Of a stretch of 64,000 bases of DNA, positions 39,468 to 49,071 are shown one piece after another. The DNA is from Coriobacteriia bacterium (GTDB taxonomy: Bacteria; Actinomycetota; Coriobacteriia; Coriobacteriales; RUG033): contig JAATFL010000012.1 of assembly GCA_015655215.1 (NCBI GenBank), positions 140,922 through 204,921 of the forward strand, written 5' to 3'. The position numbers and the translations under genes were made by a program. A model generated the notes under the pieces. That model ran no database searches. It was given only the letters and a program-made list of their open reading frames with translations, and was not told the origin of the DNA. Each line of letters begins with the position of its first letter. Positions within the stretch are counted from its first letter, which is position 1.

Positions 39468-40328
39468 CTACATGATGTTGATGCTGCTCAGAAACGAGCG
39501 GACGGCGTCCATCCCCTGTCCTGCCACCAGACGTGCCGGTGCGTAGAAGTGGTAGAGGAGGGCAAGGCCCAAGACGATCGCGAGGAGCACCCAGGGTGTT
39601 GGGTGCTGGTACCAGCGCACCTGCGACTTGTTGCAGTACGGGCACCGTTTGAACCCCGGGTTGATGATCCGACCGCACCGACGACAGGGGCGTCCGCTGT
39701 CGGGCTCGCTATAGGACGGGGAGGCGGTGGCGAACGACGTGGTCTCATCGGGCAGGGGACGCATCGGGGCACCGGCGGGGGCAACCTCGGGTATGGCGGC
39801 AGCTATCGTCGATGCCCGAGGCGCCGGCGCAGCGTCGGCTGGCGAGGGGCATGCCATCCCTGACGCGTCCGGGATGGCGGTGGGGGTCACGGCGGGGACG
39901 GCGGGGGCTTGCGCCACCGGGTGGCGTTGCACCGGTGGGAGGGGGGTCACGATGAAGGAGGTCGAGGGTTCGAAAGCCGAAGCGGGCAGCGTCTGCGGTG
40001 TCGCGGGTGCCACATCGGCGGAGGGGAAGACCGGCGTGGCCTCAAGCTGTCGCGGTGCCACGGATTGGACCAGGACGGGGACGAACACGCCTTGCGGATA
40101 GCCTGGCTGAGGTGGGTAGTAGTAACCGAGCTGGGGTGCCACGAAGCCCGGGTGCCCATCGAGGACCACCTGCTGGACGGCGTCGTCATCCGAACGCGTC
40201 GTGGAGTGTCCGGTGTCCACGGCTGACACGGGCGAGGTGGAGGGAAGCTGCGCCGTCTGGTCTTCTGGAGGGGCCGGAGAATGTTGGGGAGGAGCTTCCC
40301 CTGCGCTGTCTGTGACGTGCTCGTCCAT
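39468..40328 (-). CDS. hypothetical Pro-rich protein with a C-terminal zinc ribbon and one TM helix
   Basis: Strong GAGGAGG RBS. A long Pro/Ala/Val-rich low-complexity region is followed by CRRCGRIINPGFKRCPYCN (CxxC-x11-CxxC) and then the hydrophobic helix PWVLLAIVLGLALLYHFY. Confidence 0.65.
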   Translation of the reverse strand: MDEHVTDSAGEAPPQHSPAPPEDQTAQLPSTSPVSAVDTGHSTTRSDDDAVQQVVLDGHPGFVAPQLGYYYPPQPGYPQGVFVPVLVQSVAPRQLEATPVFPSADVAPATPQTLPASAFEPSTSFIVTPLPPVQRHPVAQAPAVPAVTPTAIPDASGMACPSPADAAPAPRASTIAAAIPEVAPAGAPMRPLPDETTSFATASPSYSEPDSGRPCRRCGRIINPGFKRCPYCNKSQVRWYQHPTPWVLLAIVLGLALLYHFYAPARLVAGQGMDAVRSFLSSINIM

Positions 40329-40592
40329 CGATCCTCCTCAGAAACGCATGCGTGGCGGTGCGCACCATGGGTGCCTGTGGACAGTATAGGCGTTCATGCA
40401 GGTGAATGACCATATCGTCGAAGCATTGCCGCCCTTCGACTGGGTGCGCATGATAGATGGTCTCTGCACGGGAGGGCTTGTGTGATAGAGTGTCTCGGCT
40501 GTTGGACGAAGGGGCTTCCGACCCCGATGCTCCCAGCTTTGGCATATGGATGGGATGGGACGCGGCGAGCGAGGCGGGTGAGGTGTCACAGC

Positions 40593-41321
40593 ATGCAACG
40601 CACGGCATCACACAACGCCGACGTCGCGGTGGTCATCAAGGTGGCTCTGCCCGTCGCGCTCGGGTACGTCCCCCTCGGCCTTGCGGCGGGCATCATGTCG
40701 GCCAAGGTGGGCATGGACGCGTTCCAGACCTTCCTTCTCGGCTTCTTGATGTACTCCGGTTCCGGCCAGTTCATGATCGCGAATCTGTCCATGGCCGGTG
40801 CGGGAGTCTTCTCGGTATGCGTTTCGACCTCGATGGTGTCGGCACGCCAGATGCTCTACGCCTCGGCGTTCACCAGGTTCTTCGACACGGTGCCCAAGCC
40901 ACTCTCGCTGTGGTTCTTCGCGACCGTCACCGATGAGTCCTTCGGTGTGAACCTGATGCGATTCCAAAGTGGTCGCTGGGGACCGTGGCGCGCAACCGGC
41001 GTCAACGTGACCTGTCAACTCTCGTGGGCACTCTCCACGCTCGTCGGCGCTCTCATCGGCGAGGCGTTCGACCTTCCCACCACCGTCGCCTCGTTCGCGA
41101 TGACCTCCATCTTCGTCTGCCTGCTCATGATGCAGCGATTCTCGGTCGACAAGGTGGTCGCCGCCGCCTCTGCGGTCCTCGGCGTGATTCTCTGCAAGAC
41201 GTTCGGGCCCTCCGACATGGCGATTCTCGTGGGCGCCGTGTTCGGTATCGTGGTGGGGATGCTCTATCGTAGCAGGGTCGAGGTCGACCGAGGAGTCGAG
41301 GGGAGGGGAGAGGGCCGATGA
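40593..41321 (+). CDS. azlC: AzlC-family branched-chain amino acid exporter subunit
   Basis: LPVALGYVPLGLAAGI...MYSGSGQF...SARQMLY motifs in a multi-TM protein. ATG at 40593 follows GGTGAGGTG. Confidence 0.85.
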   Translation: MQRTASHNADVAVVIKVALPVALGYVPLGLAAGIMSAKVGMDAFQTFLLGFLMYSGSGQFMIANLSMAGAGVFSVCVSTSMVSARQMLYASAFTRFFDTVPKPLSLWFFATVTDESFGVNLMRFQSGRWGPWRATGVNVTCQLSWALSTLVGALIGEAFDLPTTVASFAMTSIFVCLLMMQRFSVDKVVAAASAVLGVILCKTFGPSDMAILVGAVFGIVVGMLYRSRVEVDRGVEGRGEGR

Positions 41322-41644
41322 GCTGGACCACCTACTGGATCATCCTCGGTGTCTGCGTGTGTTCCATCCTCATATTCCGCACGTTGCCCTACGTGCTCCT
41401 CTCGGGGCATACGCTCCCCGCGGGCATCCAAGATGGCCTCGAACTCGTACCGGTCGCCGCGTTCGCGGCATTGGTGGCCAACGACCTCTTCAGTCCCGCA
41501 CGCATCGCGAGCGGTCTCTGGCCAACGCTTCTGCCCCTCCTCGCGTCGGTGCCGGTCGTGGTCGTCGCCCTCAAGACCCGCAGCCTCGTCGCCTGCGTCG
41601 TGGTCGGGGTGGTGGTGTTCGCCGCGCTTTCGGCGATCGCGTAG
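41318..41644 (+). CDS. azlD: AzlD-family branched-chain amino acid exporter subunit
   Basis: ATGA overlap with azlC. A 108-aa hydrophobic protein with the RTLPYVL motif. Confidence 0.85.
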   Translation: MSWTTYWIILGVCVCSILIFRTLPYVLLSGHTLPAGIQDGLELVPVAAFAALVANDLFSPARIASGLWPTLLPLLASVPVVVVALKTRSLVACVVVGVVVFAALSAIA

Positions 41645-41730
41645 GCGACGGCTCCTCGACGGCATGGCGCGTCTCGCCACGCCCGCCTACCACCCCTCGA
41701 CGCACCGATGACGCGCTCGTCGGGATCACC

Positions 41731-41760
41731 TTGTCCAACCAGTCACGATTCGGTTATACT
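41731..41760 (+). promoter_or_regulatory. candidate sigma-70-type promoter for rplS
   Basis: TTGTCC (41731-41736), an 18-nt spacer, then TATACT (41755-41760), 68 nt upstream of the rplS ATG. This is a pattern match only. Confidence 0.35.
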
Positions 41761-41828
41761 TTCCAACTGCGCATCAAGCGTGCCGAGCACGTGGGACAAA
41801 AAAATCTCGAGGAACAGGAACCGCTGTA

Positions 41829-42173
41829 ATGGATATTATTCGCGCCATCGAGCAGCAGCAGATCCGTCAGGACCTGCCCCAATTCAACGTTGGCGACAAC
41901 GTCAAGGTCTATTATCGCATCAAAGAGGGCGATCGTGAACGCAGCCAGGTTTTCCAGGGCGATGTCATCAGTCGTCACGGCGCCGGCAACCGCGAGACGT
42001 TCACCGTCCGCAAGATCTCGTTCTCGATCGGCGTGGAGCGTACGTTCCCGGTCAACTCCCCCAAGATCGAGAAGATCGAGGTCACCCGCCACGGCCGCGT
42101 GCGTCGTGCCAAGCTCTACTACCTGCGCGACAGGGTCGGGAAGGCCGCTCGTATTCGCGAGAAGGGCTTCTAG
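41829..42173 (+). CDS. rplS: 50S ribosomal protein L19
   Basis: [31 protein letters not shown]...FTVRK...VERTFP. Confidence 0.95.
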   Translation: MDIIRAIEQQQIRQDLPQFNVGDNVKVYYRIKEGDRERSQVFQGDVISRHGAGNRETFTVRKISFSIGVERTFPVNSPKIEKIEVTRHGRVRRAKLYYLRDRVGKAARIREKGF

Positions 42174-42319
42174 GCCATCGAACCGCGTGCGATGCTCGCT
42201 CGCATCCTTTCCAAAGTCGCCTCTCGGCGGGCACGCATCGAACAACCGTCTTCTTCGGAATGCCGTCCTCGGGGCGGCATTCCTCGCATCACGGGTTCCC
42301 ACGCACATGGGGGGCGAGT

Positions 42320-43120
42320 ATGGGCGACCAATCGAACATGAGCGGTCCGGGCAGCGTGGCGGATGTCTCCGCTCGGTTGCGCACGGCGACGTTCGTCGAG
42401 TTGCCCGAGTTGCTCTCCCGCTATCGCGACGACCCTCGGACGGGCGTCCGGGGCGCTGTCGCGGCCGCGCGACGGCGTTGCGAGCACTTCGACGAGGTGG
42501 CCCACGCCACGCGCGACAAGTACGACCTGATGCACGAGATGGGAGGTACCGGTCTCGTCGTCGGCGTCGACGAGGTGGGGCGTGGAGCCGTGGCGGGCCC
42601 CCTCACCGTAGGTGCCGTCGTGTTGCCGGATGAGCCGCTCGTCATGGGTCTCGACGACTCCAAGCGCCTCACACCTGCTCGACGCGAGGCGCTCTCCCGT
42701 GAGATTCGCGGCGTGGCCATCGCCGTGGGCATCGCACACATCCCTCCGGAGGACATCGACCGCGACGGCATGGCGGCCTCGCTGCGCCGTGCGATGCAGC
42801 TCGCCATCGCGGACACCGGCGTCAGCCCCGATGCCGTGCTCATCGACGGTAACCCCATCCATGCCCATCCGAAGGAGCGCTGCATCGTCAAGGGAGACGC
42901 CCGCATCGCCTGCATCGCCGCCGCCTCCATCGTCGCGAAGGTGACGCGAGACCAGCTCATGGTCCTCTCGGATAGCGATTATCCGGGATATGGCTTCGTC
43001 GCCTCGAAGGGATATGCGAGCCCCCGGCACATCGCCGCGATTCGCGAGAGGGGTCTCACCGACTTCCACCGCGCGTCGTTTTGCCGGGGTTTCCTGGATG
43101 TTCAGGACTCTCTTTTCTGA
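42320..43120 (+). CDS. rnhB: ribonuclease HII
   Basis: GVDEVGRGAVAGPLTVGAV, DDSKRLT and IVAKVTRD motifs, with the long N-terminal extension seen in Firmicute RnhB. The start is uncertain (ATG at 42320 or 42260). Confidence 0.9.
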   Translation: MGDQSNMSGPGSVADVSARLRTATFVELPELLSRYRDDPRTGVRGAVAAARRRCEHFDEVAHATRDKYDLMHEMGGTGLVVGVDEVGRGAVAGPLTVGAVVLPDEPLVMGLDDSKRLTPARREALSREIRGVAIAVGIAHIPPEDIDRDGMAASLRRAMQLAIADTGVSPDAVLIDGNPIHAHPKERCIVKGDARIACIAAASIVAKVTRDQLMVLSDSDYPGYGFVASKGYASPRHIAAIRERGLTDFHRASFCRGFLDVQDSLF

Positions 43121-43280
43121 CCTCCTCCCTCGCGTCGCGCCCGTGTCATCGTTTCGTGTGCGTGCGGCCAAGGACTCGTCGGATAACCAAACGGTCTTCG
43201 CGTGTTCCAAGACGAGGCCGGGCAGATGTGCGCTCTATGCTCTCATCGATGTCGGTTGGCAGCGATGAGAGGAGAGGGCC

Positions 43281-43829
43281 ATGTGGGACAGGACGACGTT
43301 CGACCACCAGGATCTGGCGCGGCGCGAGGACAGGGAGCCTCCACCCTCCGACGACGCCAGCCCTTCGTTTCCCGACGGTGACGATTCGACGGCGTACCGT
43401 CTCGATGATCGCACCGCCTCGGACCTCGATGCCTTCACGCCGCGCTCCTCATCGGGCGATGAGCGCCAGGCGCTGGGGCGTGCTGGCGAGGAGAGTGCGG
43501 TCAAGTTCCTCGTGGCGCACGATTACGAGATCGTCGAGCGCAACTGGAGGTGTTCGTCTGGGGAGGCGGACATCATCGCACGCGATGGCGAATCGCTGGT
43601 CTTCGTCGAGGTCAAGACGCGTTCCGGGATAACGTCGGGCTTCCCCGAGGAGGCCATCACGCCCCGCAAGCGTCAGCGTTATGAGAAGATCGCCGCCGCC
43701 TACCTCGCCTCCCACGGTAGCTCCGGTACGTTCATCGTGCGCTTCGACGTGATCGCCATCCTCACCCTGGGGAGCCATCGCGCGTTTCTACGCCACCATC
43801 GCAACGCCTTCCTCTCGGCGGGGGATTGA
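43281..43829 (+). CDS. yraN: YraN-family (UPF0102) endonuclease-like protein with an acidic N-terminal extension
   Basis: The GRAGEESAVKFLVAHDYEIVERNWRCSSGEADIIARDG..LVFVEVKTR core is the YraN signature. GGAGAGGG RBS. Confidence 0.8.
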   Translation: MWDRTTFDHQDLARREDREPPPSDDASPSFPDGDDSTAYRLDDRTASDLDAFTPRSSSGDERQALGRAGEESAVKFLVAHDYEIVERNWRCSSGEADIIARDGESLVFVEVKTRSGITSGFPEEAITPRKRQRYEKIAAAYLASHGSSGTFIVRFDVIAILTLGSHRAFLRHHRNAFLSAGD

Positions 43830-45370
43830 TGGAGGCGCACTTCACCGTCGAGACGTGCACGCTGCGTGGCGTCGAGGCCCTTCCCGTCATGGTAGAGGTG
43901 CAGGTTGGTCCCGGGCTACCTGGCATCGAGATCGTCGGCATGCCCGACCAGGCGGTGCAGGAGGCGCGTCAACGTGTGCGTTCGGCGTTACGGTCGAGCG
44001 GTTTCTCCGTTCCCGCCGCAAAGGCGGTCGTCAACCTGGCGCCCGGGATGCTCAGGAAGACCGGTTCGGGTTTCGACCTGCCCATCGCCCTCGCGTTCCT
44101 CTGTGCGACAGGGCAGGTCGACCCGGCGCACGCACGTGGTCGCATCGTGGCTGGGGAGCTGGCCCTTTCGGGTGAGGTCCGCAGCGTGCGCGGGGGACTT
44201 GCCTACGCGCTGGCGGCTCGGGAGAGGGGACTCGGACTGTTGACTGGCCGGGTCGAAGACGAGGAGATGTCCATCTCCCAACTCGACCATCGTTGCATAG
44301 GGAGCCTCTCGGAACTGCGTCGCGACGAGCTTTTGGCCCTATCGGGCTCATCGCCTGGTCGCAAACCCCTGCTCTGTGGTCAAGACGTGCTCGACTATGC
44401 CGATATCGAGGGGCAGGAGAGTGCGAAGCGGGGTTTGCAGATCGCCGCGGCAGGAGGTCTCGGCCTGCTCATGACGGGCCCCCCGGGCTCGGGGAAGACG
44501 ATGCTGGCCCGTCGATTGCCAAGCATCCTCCCGCCCCTCGATGACGAGGAGGCGCTTGAGACGGCGCTGGTGCACAGCGTATCGGGACAGGCGACCGCTC
44601 CCATCGCGGCGAGGTTAAGGCCGTTTCGGTCACCCCATCACAGCGCGACGGCGGCAGGTCTCGTCGGGGGCGGCAACCCCGTGCGTCCCGGAGAGGTGTC
44701 CTTGGCCCATAACGGGGTTCTCTTCCTCGATGAGATGCCGGAGTTCGGTCCACGCGTGCTCCAGGCGCTCAGGCAACCACTCGAAGATGGGAGGGTCACC
44801 CTGGTACGGGCCGACGGTCGCATCAGTTTTCCGGCATCGTTCATGCTCGTCGGCGCGTCGAATCCCTGCCCCTGCGGGTACCATGGGGACAGCGAGCGAC
44901 CGTGCACCTGCTCGCAAGCCCAGATCGACTCCTATCGGTCACGCATCGGCGGACCGCTGCTCGACCGCATCGACCTCCTGATCACCGTCGCGAGGGCAGA
45001 CCCCCACAGCGTGCTGGCGACGGGTACGGGCACGCCCTCACGGGCGATGAGGGAGGGCGTGCTCGTCGCCCGTGAGCGCGCCGCCCATCGCGAGACGCGC
45101 ATGCCCACCGACAGCGAAGGGGGGCCGAACCGTGCGGTCGGCCGCGCCCTCTCCCCTGCGGGCGATGTCCGACTGCTGCGGTCGTGCCGTATGGAATCAT
45201 CGCTCCGGTTCAGGTTCGAGGAGATGGCGCGCAACACCGCCCTCTCGGGACGGGGCATCATGCGTACGCTTCGCATAGCACGCACCATCGCCGACCTGGA
45301 CGGGAGCGACCGCGTCCTCGCCCAACACCTCGAGGAGGCCATCGGGTTTCGGTTGGAGGGAGGGAGATGA
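43829..45370 (+). CDS. comM: YifB/ComM-family Mg-chelatase-like ATPase
   Basis: Lon-like N-domain (VNLAPGMLRKTGSGFDLPIAL), Walker A MTGPPGSGKTM, GVLFLDEMPEF, and the zinc-ribbon-like NPCPCGY...CTC. ATG at 43829 overlaps the yraN stop (TGATG); TTG at 43826 is also possible. Confidence 0.9.
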   Translation: MEAHFTVETCTLRGVEALPVMVEVQVGPGLPGIEIVGMPDQAVQEARQRVRSALRSSGFSVPAAKAVVNLAPGMLRKTGSGFDLPIALAFLCATGQVDPAHARGRIVAGELALSGEVRSVRGGLAYALAARERGLGLLTGRVEDEEMSISQLDHRCIGSLSELRRDELLALSGSSPGRKPLLCGQDVLDYADIEGQESAKRGLQIAAAGGLGLLMTGPPGSGKTMLARRLPSILPPLDDEEALETALVHSVSGQATAPIAARLRPFRSPHHSATAAGLVGGGNPVRPGEVSLAHNGVLFLDEMPEFGPRVLQALRQPLEDGRVTLVRADGRISFPASFMLVGASNPCPCGYHGDSERPCTCSQAQIDSYRSRIGGPLLDRIDLLITVARADPHSVLATGTGTPSRAMREGVLVARERAAHRETRMPTDSEGGPNRAVGRALSPAGDVRLLRSCRMESSLRFRFEEMARNTALSGRGIMRTLRIARTIADLDGSDRVLAQHLEEAIGFRLEGGR

Positions 45371-46305
45371 GTGCACCGAAGGGCATCGTCGGTCCTCGGC
45401 ACGAGATGGGATTGGACGGACCGGGATATCCCCCTCAGCTCAAGAGGGCACCGGACCCGCCGGGGATGCTGTACGTGGTGGGGAACCCGGATGCCCTGCA
45501 ACCGGGTATCGCGGTCGTCGGTGCCCGAAAGGCCACACCGTACGGACTGGGCTGCGCGCGCCTGTTCGCAGCCCGAGCCGCCATGCGTGGCATCACCATC
45601 ATCTCGGGGGGTGCCATCGGATGCGACCAGGAGGCGCATCGAGCCGCGCTCGACCTGGCCTCGCCGACGGTCGCCGTTCTGGGATGCGGCGCGAACGTCG
45701 CCTATCCCGCCCGTGCGGCTACCCTGTTCAACCGCATCGTCGAGGAGGGAGGGGCCGTCGTCGCGGAAGCCCCCTGGGATGCGCCACCTGCACGCTGGGC
45801 GTTCGTGCGTCGCAACCGCATCATCGCCGGCTTGGCCACCGCGACGTTGATCGTGGAGGCGGGGCTACCGTCGGGGACCTTCTCGACGGCGGATGCAGCG
45901 CTCGATGCGGGACGCGACGTCCTGGCGGTTCCCGGGTCGATCCAGTCTCCCGAGTCGCGTGGCTGCAACAGGCTCATCGTGGAGGGGGCGACTCCCGTCG
46001 TCGACGAGGAATCGTTCGATGCGGTGCTCGCCAACCTCTTCGGCCTGCTCCTCGTGGACCCGATGGCAGAGGTCGGACCTGTGCCACCCGTCCATGCCGA
46101 CGGCGACGATCAGGCTGCCTGGGTGCTGCATGCGTTGATGGCCAACCCGACGCGCCCCGATGAGTTGCATGCTAGGATGGGGACGGACATCAACCAGACG
46201 ATGCGCTTGCTCGGTAGGCTCGAGATGGACGGAAAGGTCGAGCGCTACCGAGACGGTCGCTACGGTGTACCGCTACGGGTGCGGATACCTCGAGGTCACC
46301 GATGA
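45367..46305 (+). CDS. dprA: DNA-processing protein DprA
   Basis: ATGA overlap with comM. AVVGARKATPYG, ISGGAIGCDQEAHRAAL and RNRIIAGLA motifs. Confidence 0.9.
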   Translation: MSAPKGIVGPRHEMGLDGPGYPPQLKRAPDPPGMLYVVGNPDALQPGIAVVGARKATPYGLGCARLFAARAAMRGITIISGGAIGCDQEAHRAALDLASPTVAVLGCGANVAYPARAATLFNRIVEEGGAVVAEAPWDAPPARWAFVRRNRIIAGLATATLIVEAGLPSGTFSTADAALDAGRDVLAVPGSIQSPESRGCNRLIVEGATPVVDEESFDAVLANLFGLLLVDPMAEVGPVPPVHADGDDQAAWVLHALMANPTRPDELHARMGTDINQTMRLLGRLEMDGKVERYRDGRYGVPLRVRIPRGHR

Positions 46306-46496
46306 CGATGGGTGCGTGGGTGTGGGTTCGCCATGCGGCCGTCGGTCTCGTGATGCCGGTGCGGTACGTTTCCCTCTCCCGGGTGATGGTTGCGCCGTCG
46401 CGCGGGGCGTCCTGCTCTCGTCCCATCGACACCTGCGTGGAGTCGCCGGGTCATCTGATATGATTATCCGGTGACGAACGTTCAAAGGAGCCATCC

Positions 46497-47891
46497 GTGG
46501 GTGAATTCCAACCTGTGACCATCGTCGGTGGCGGACTCGCCGGATGCGAGGCCGCCTGGCAGCTCGCCCGGCGGGGCGTGCCCGTGCATCTCGTCGAGAT
46601 GCGCCCCGTCGTCGGCACGCCCGTGCACCATGGGGACGGGCTCGCCGAGCTCGTGTGCTCCAACTCGCTCAAGTCCCTCGACCCGTCATCGGCCGCGGGC
46701 CTGCTCAAGGGCGAACTCGTCGCACTCGGGTCGTTCGTGCTCTCGTGCGCGTACGCCGCACGGGTCCCCGCAGGCGGCGCGCTCGCCGTCGACAGGGACG
46801 TTTTCTCCGCGTTGGTCACGGAGCGCATCGAGGCGCAACCGCTCGTGACGGTCGAACGCAGGGAGGTGGTCGCGATCCCGTCGGGACATGCCATCATCGC
46901 GACGGGCCCCCTTACGAGCGACGCCCTGACAGCCGCCATCTCCAAGGTCCTCGGTGGGACCCACCTCGCGTTCTACGATGCGGCTGCGCCCATCGTCGAC
47001 GCCTCCTCGCTCGACCACGACGTGCTCTTCGCCCAATCGCGGTATGACAAGGGCGAGACGGCGGACTACCTCAACGCCCCGTTCGAGCGAGAGGGATACG
47101 ACCGTTTCGTCTCGGAGCTCGTCTCGGCGCAACGTGTCATCATCCGCCGGTTCGAGCGCCGCGACCTGTTCACCGCGTGCCAGCCGGTGGAGGAGGTGGC
47201 CCGTACCGGGGCGGACGCCCTGCGCTACGGTGCCCTCAAGCCGGTGGGGCTCACCAACCCGGCCACCGGGCGCAGGCCCTGGGCTGCCGTGCAGTTGCGG
47301 GCGGAGAACGCGGCGGCCACGGCGTACAACCTCGTTGGTTTCCAGACGAACCTCACCTGGCCCGAGCAGCGGCGCGTCTTCTCGATGATCCCCGGGCTCG
47401 AGCATGCGGAGTTCCTCCGTTACGGTGTGATGCATCGCAACACGTTCATCGACGCACCCCACGTGCTCGACCACACGCTGGCCATCCCGACGGTCCCGAC
47501 GGTCCGTTTCGCCGGTCAGGTCACCGGTACCGAGGGATACTGCGAGGCCATCGCCTCCGGCCTCTATGCGGCCCTCTGCACCTATGCCGACCTTGCCGGG
47601 ACGCCGACGCCCGAGGTTCCCGCCCAGAGCGCATTCGGGGCGTTGCTCGCCTATGCCACCGATCCGCGCACCGAGGACTATCAGCCCATGCACGTCAACT
47701 TCGGGTTGATGCAGCCGCTACCGGTGCGCATCAGGGACAAGCGCGAGCGATATGCCGCGTACGCCCATCGGGCGCGGGTGGCCTTAGGCGATGCGATCGC
47801 CAACTGGGAGGCCTGCGACCACCTCCAAACGCTGCCCTTCGAGGAGCCCGCCGACGGGCTCCCGTACGAGGGGGAGGTGTCCCATGCCTGA
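46497..47891 (+). CDS. trmFO: methylenetetrahydrofolate--tRNA-(uracil54-C5)-methyltransferase TrmFO
   Basis: GTG start 8 nt after AAGGAG. VTIVGGGLAGCEAAWQLA FAD motif, LVCSNSLKS, and FAGQVTGTEGYCEAIASG. Confidence 0.95.
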   Translation: MGEFQPVTIVGGGLAGCEAAWQLARRGVPVHLVEMRPVVGTPVHHGDGLAELVCSNSLKSLDPSSAAGLLKGELVALGSFVLSCAYAARVPAGGALAVDRDVFSALVTERIEAQPLVTVERREVVAIPSGHAIIATGPLTSDALTAAISKVLGGTHLAFYDAAAPIVDASSLDHDVLFAQSRYDKGETADYLNAPFEREGYDRFVSELVSAQRVIIRRFERRDLFTACQPVEEVARTGADALRYGALKPVGLTNPATGRRPWAAVQLRAENAAATAYNLVGFQTNLTWPEQRRVFSMIPGLEHAEFLRYGVMHRNTFIDAPHVLDHTLAIPTVPTVRFAGQVTGTEGYCEAIASGLYAALCTYADLAGTPTPEVPAQSAFGALLAYATDPRTEDYQPMHVNFGLMQPLPVRIRDKRERYAAYAHRARVALGDAIANWEACDHLQTLPFEEPADGLPYEGEVSHA

Positions 47892-48813
47892 GGGATCGCC
47901 ACCGCCGTCCCCCCTCGACCCCGCGACCCTGGTCCTGGTCGACGCCTTCGAGCGGGAGCTTCGCGCCGAGCGCAACTGCTCCCCCAACACCGTGCGCGCC
48001 TACCGTATCGACCTGGAGGATTTCCTGCGGTGGTGCCGCCGTCTCGACAAGGACCCGCTTACCGTCGACCATCGGGGTTTCCGCCACTATCTCGCCGAAC
48101 TCGACGCGGCCCAGTATGCGCGCCGCACGGTGAACCGCCGTCTCTCCACGCTTCGCACGTTCTTCGGATGGCTCGTGCAGAGCGGACGCCTGCCGCAGGA
48201 CCCCACTGCCGTGGTCGTGAGCCCGCACCAGCCCGCGAGCCTGCCGCATCGTATTCGCCCCGAAGATCTCGACCGGCTGCTCACGATAAGCGACCAGTCC
48301 ACCATCGAGGGTCTTCGCAATCAGGCGATACTCGAGCTCATGTATGCGAGCGGGGCTCGCGTGGGGGAGGTTGCAGGCCTGCACGTGCGTGATGTCGACT
48401 TCCCCGGGCGCCAGGTTCGCCTGTTGGGAAAGGGCTCGAAGCAGCGCATCGTCCCCCTGCACCCTCTCGCCCTCGAAACCATCATCCAGTACCTGTCACG
48501 GTCGCGTCCGCACCTTTCCAAGTCGGACAAGGAGGAGACCGCGCTCTTCCTCTCCTCCCGCGGCAACCCCATGTCGGCCGACGCCCTACGCAAGGTCTTC
48601 AAGGAGTGCTGCGCCCGTGCCGGCATCGATGCGAGCTACTCGCCCCACGATATGCGCCACACCTTCGCCACCGACCTGGTCGAGAACGGTGCCGACCTGC
48701 GCAGCGTGCAAGAGCTACTCGGCCATGCGAGCCTGTCAACGACGCAGATATACACCCACCTCTCGATCGCCCATCTCAAGGACGTCCATCGGCGGACCTA
48801 TCCGCGCGCATGA
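47884..48813 (+). CDS. xerC: tyrosine recombinase XerC/XerD family
   Basis: 8-nt overlap with trmFO. SPNTVRAYRIDLEDF, the GARVGEVAGLHVRDV box I, and HDMRHTFATDLVENGADLRSVQELLGHASLSTTQIYTH box II with the catalytic Tyr. Confidence 0.9.
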   Translation: MPEGSPPPSPLDPATLVLVDAFERELRAERNCSPNTVRAYRIDLEDFLRWCRRLDKDPLTVDHRGFRHYLAELDAAQYARRTVNRRLSTLRTFFGWLVQSGRLPQDPTAVVVSPHQPASLPHRIRPEDLDRLLTISDQSTIEGLRNQAILELMYASGARVGEVAGLHVRDVDFPGRQVRLLGKGSKQRIVPLHPLALETIIQYLSRSRPHLSKSDKEETALFLSSRGNPMSADALRKVFKECCARAGIDASYSPHDMRHTFATDLVENGADLRSVQELLGHASLSTTQIYTHLSIAHLKDVHRRTYPRA

Positions 48814-49071
48814 GCCTCGGCGCCTCCGATCGAGCTCGAACCTGCAATCCCGCGTCCTTCGTGGCCAGCCGATGGCCCATGCGAAGTTGCCAATGGAAAG
48901 ATGCCCGTGCCCTTGCCTGGGTAAGGCGATGGCTTTCTGCTAAACTTCTACGGTTCTATCAATACGCACGTTCGGGGACCTCGCCCGCTTGTGGCCGACA
49001 CGCATGGCGATGTCGGTTGCGGATACGAGGGTCGATCCGAACGGAGGACTAACAAACTGGAGGTCAGGAAC

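Noticed and set aside
47884-48813. A tyrosine recombinase, considered as a marker of an integrated mobile element.
   Set aside because: Its sequence and its position (trmFO-xerC, as with B. subtilis gid-codV) fit the chromosomal dimer-resolution recombinase. There are no flanking direct repeats, no cargo genes and no compositional shift.
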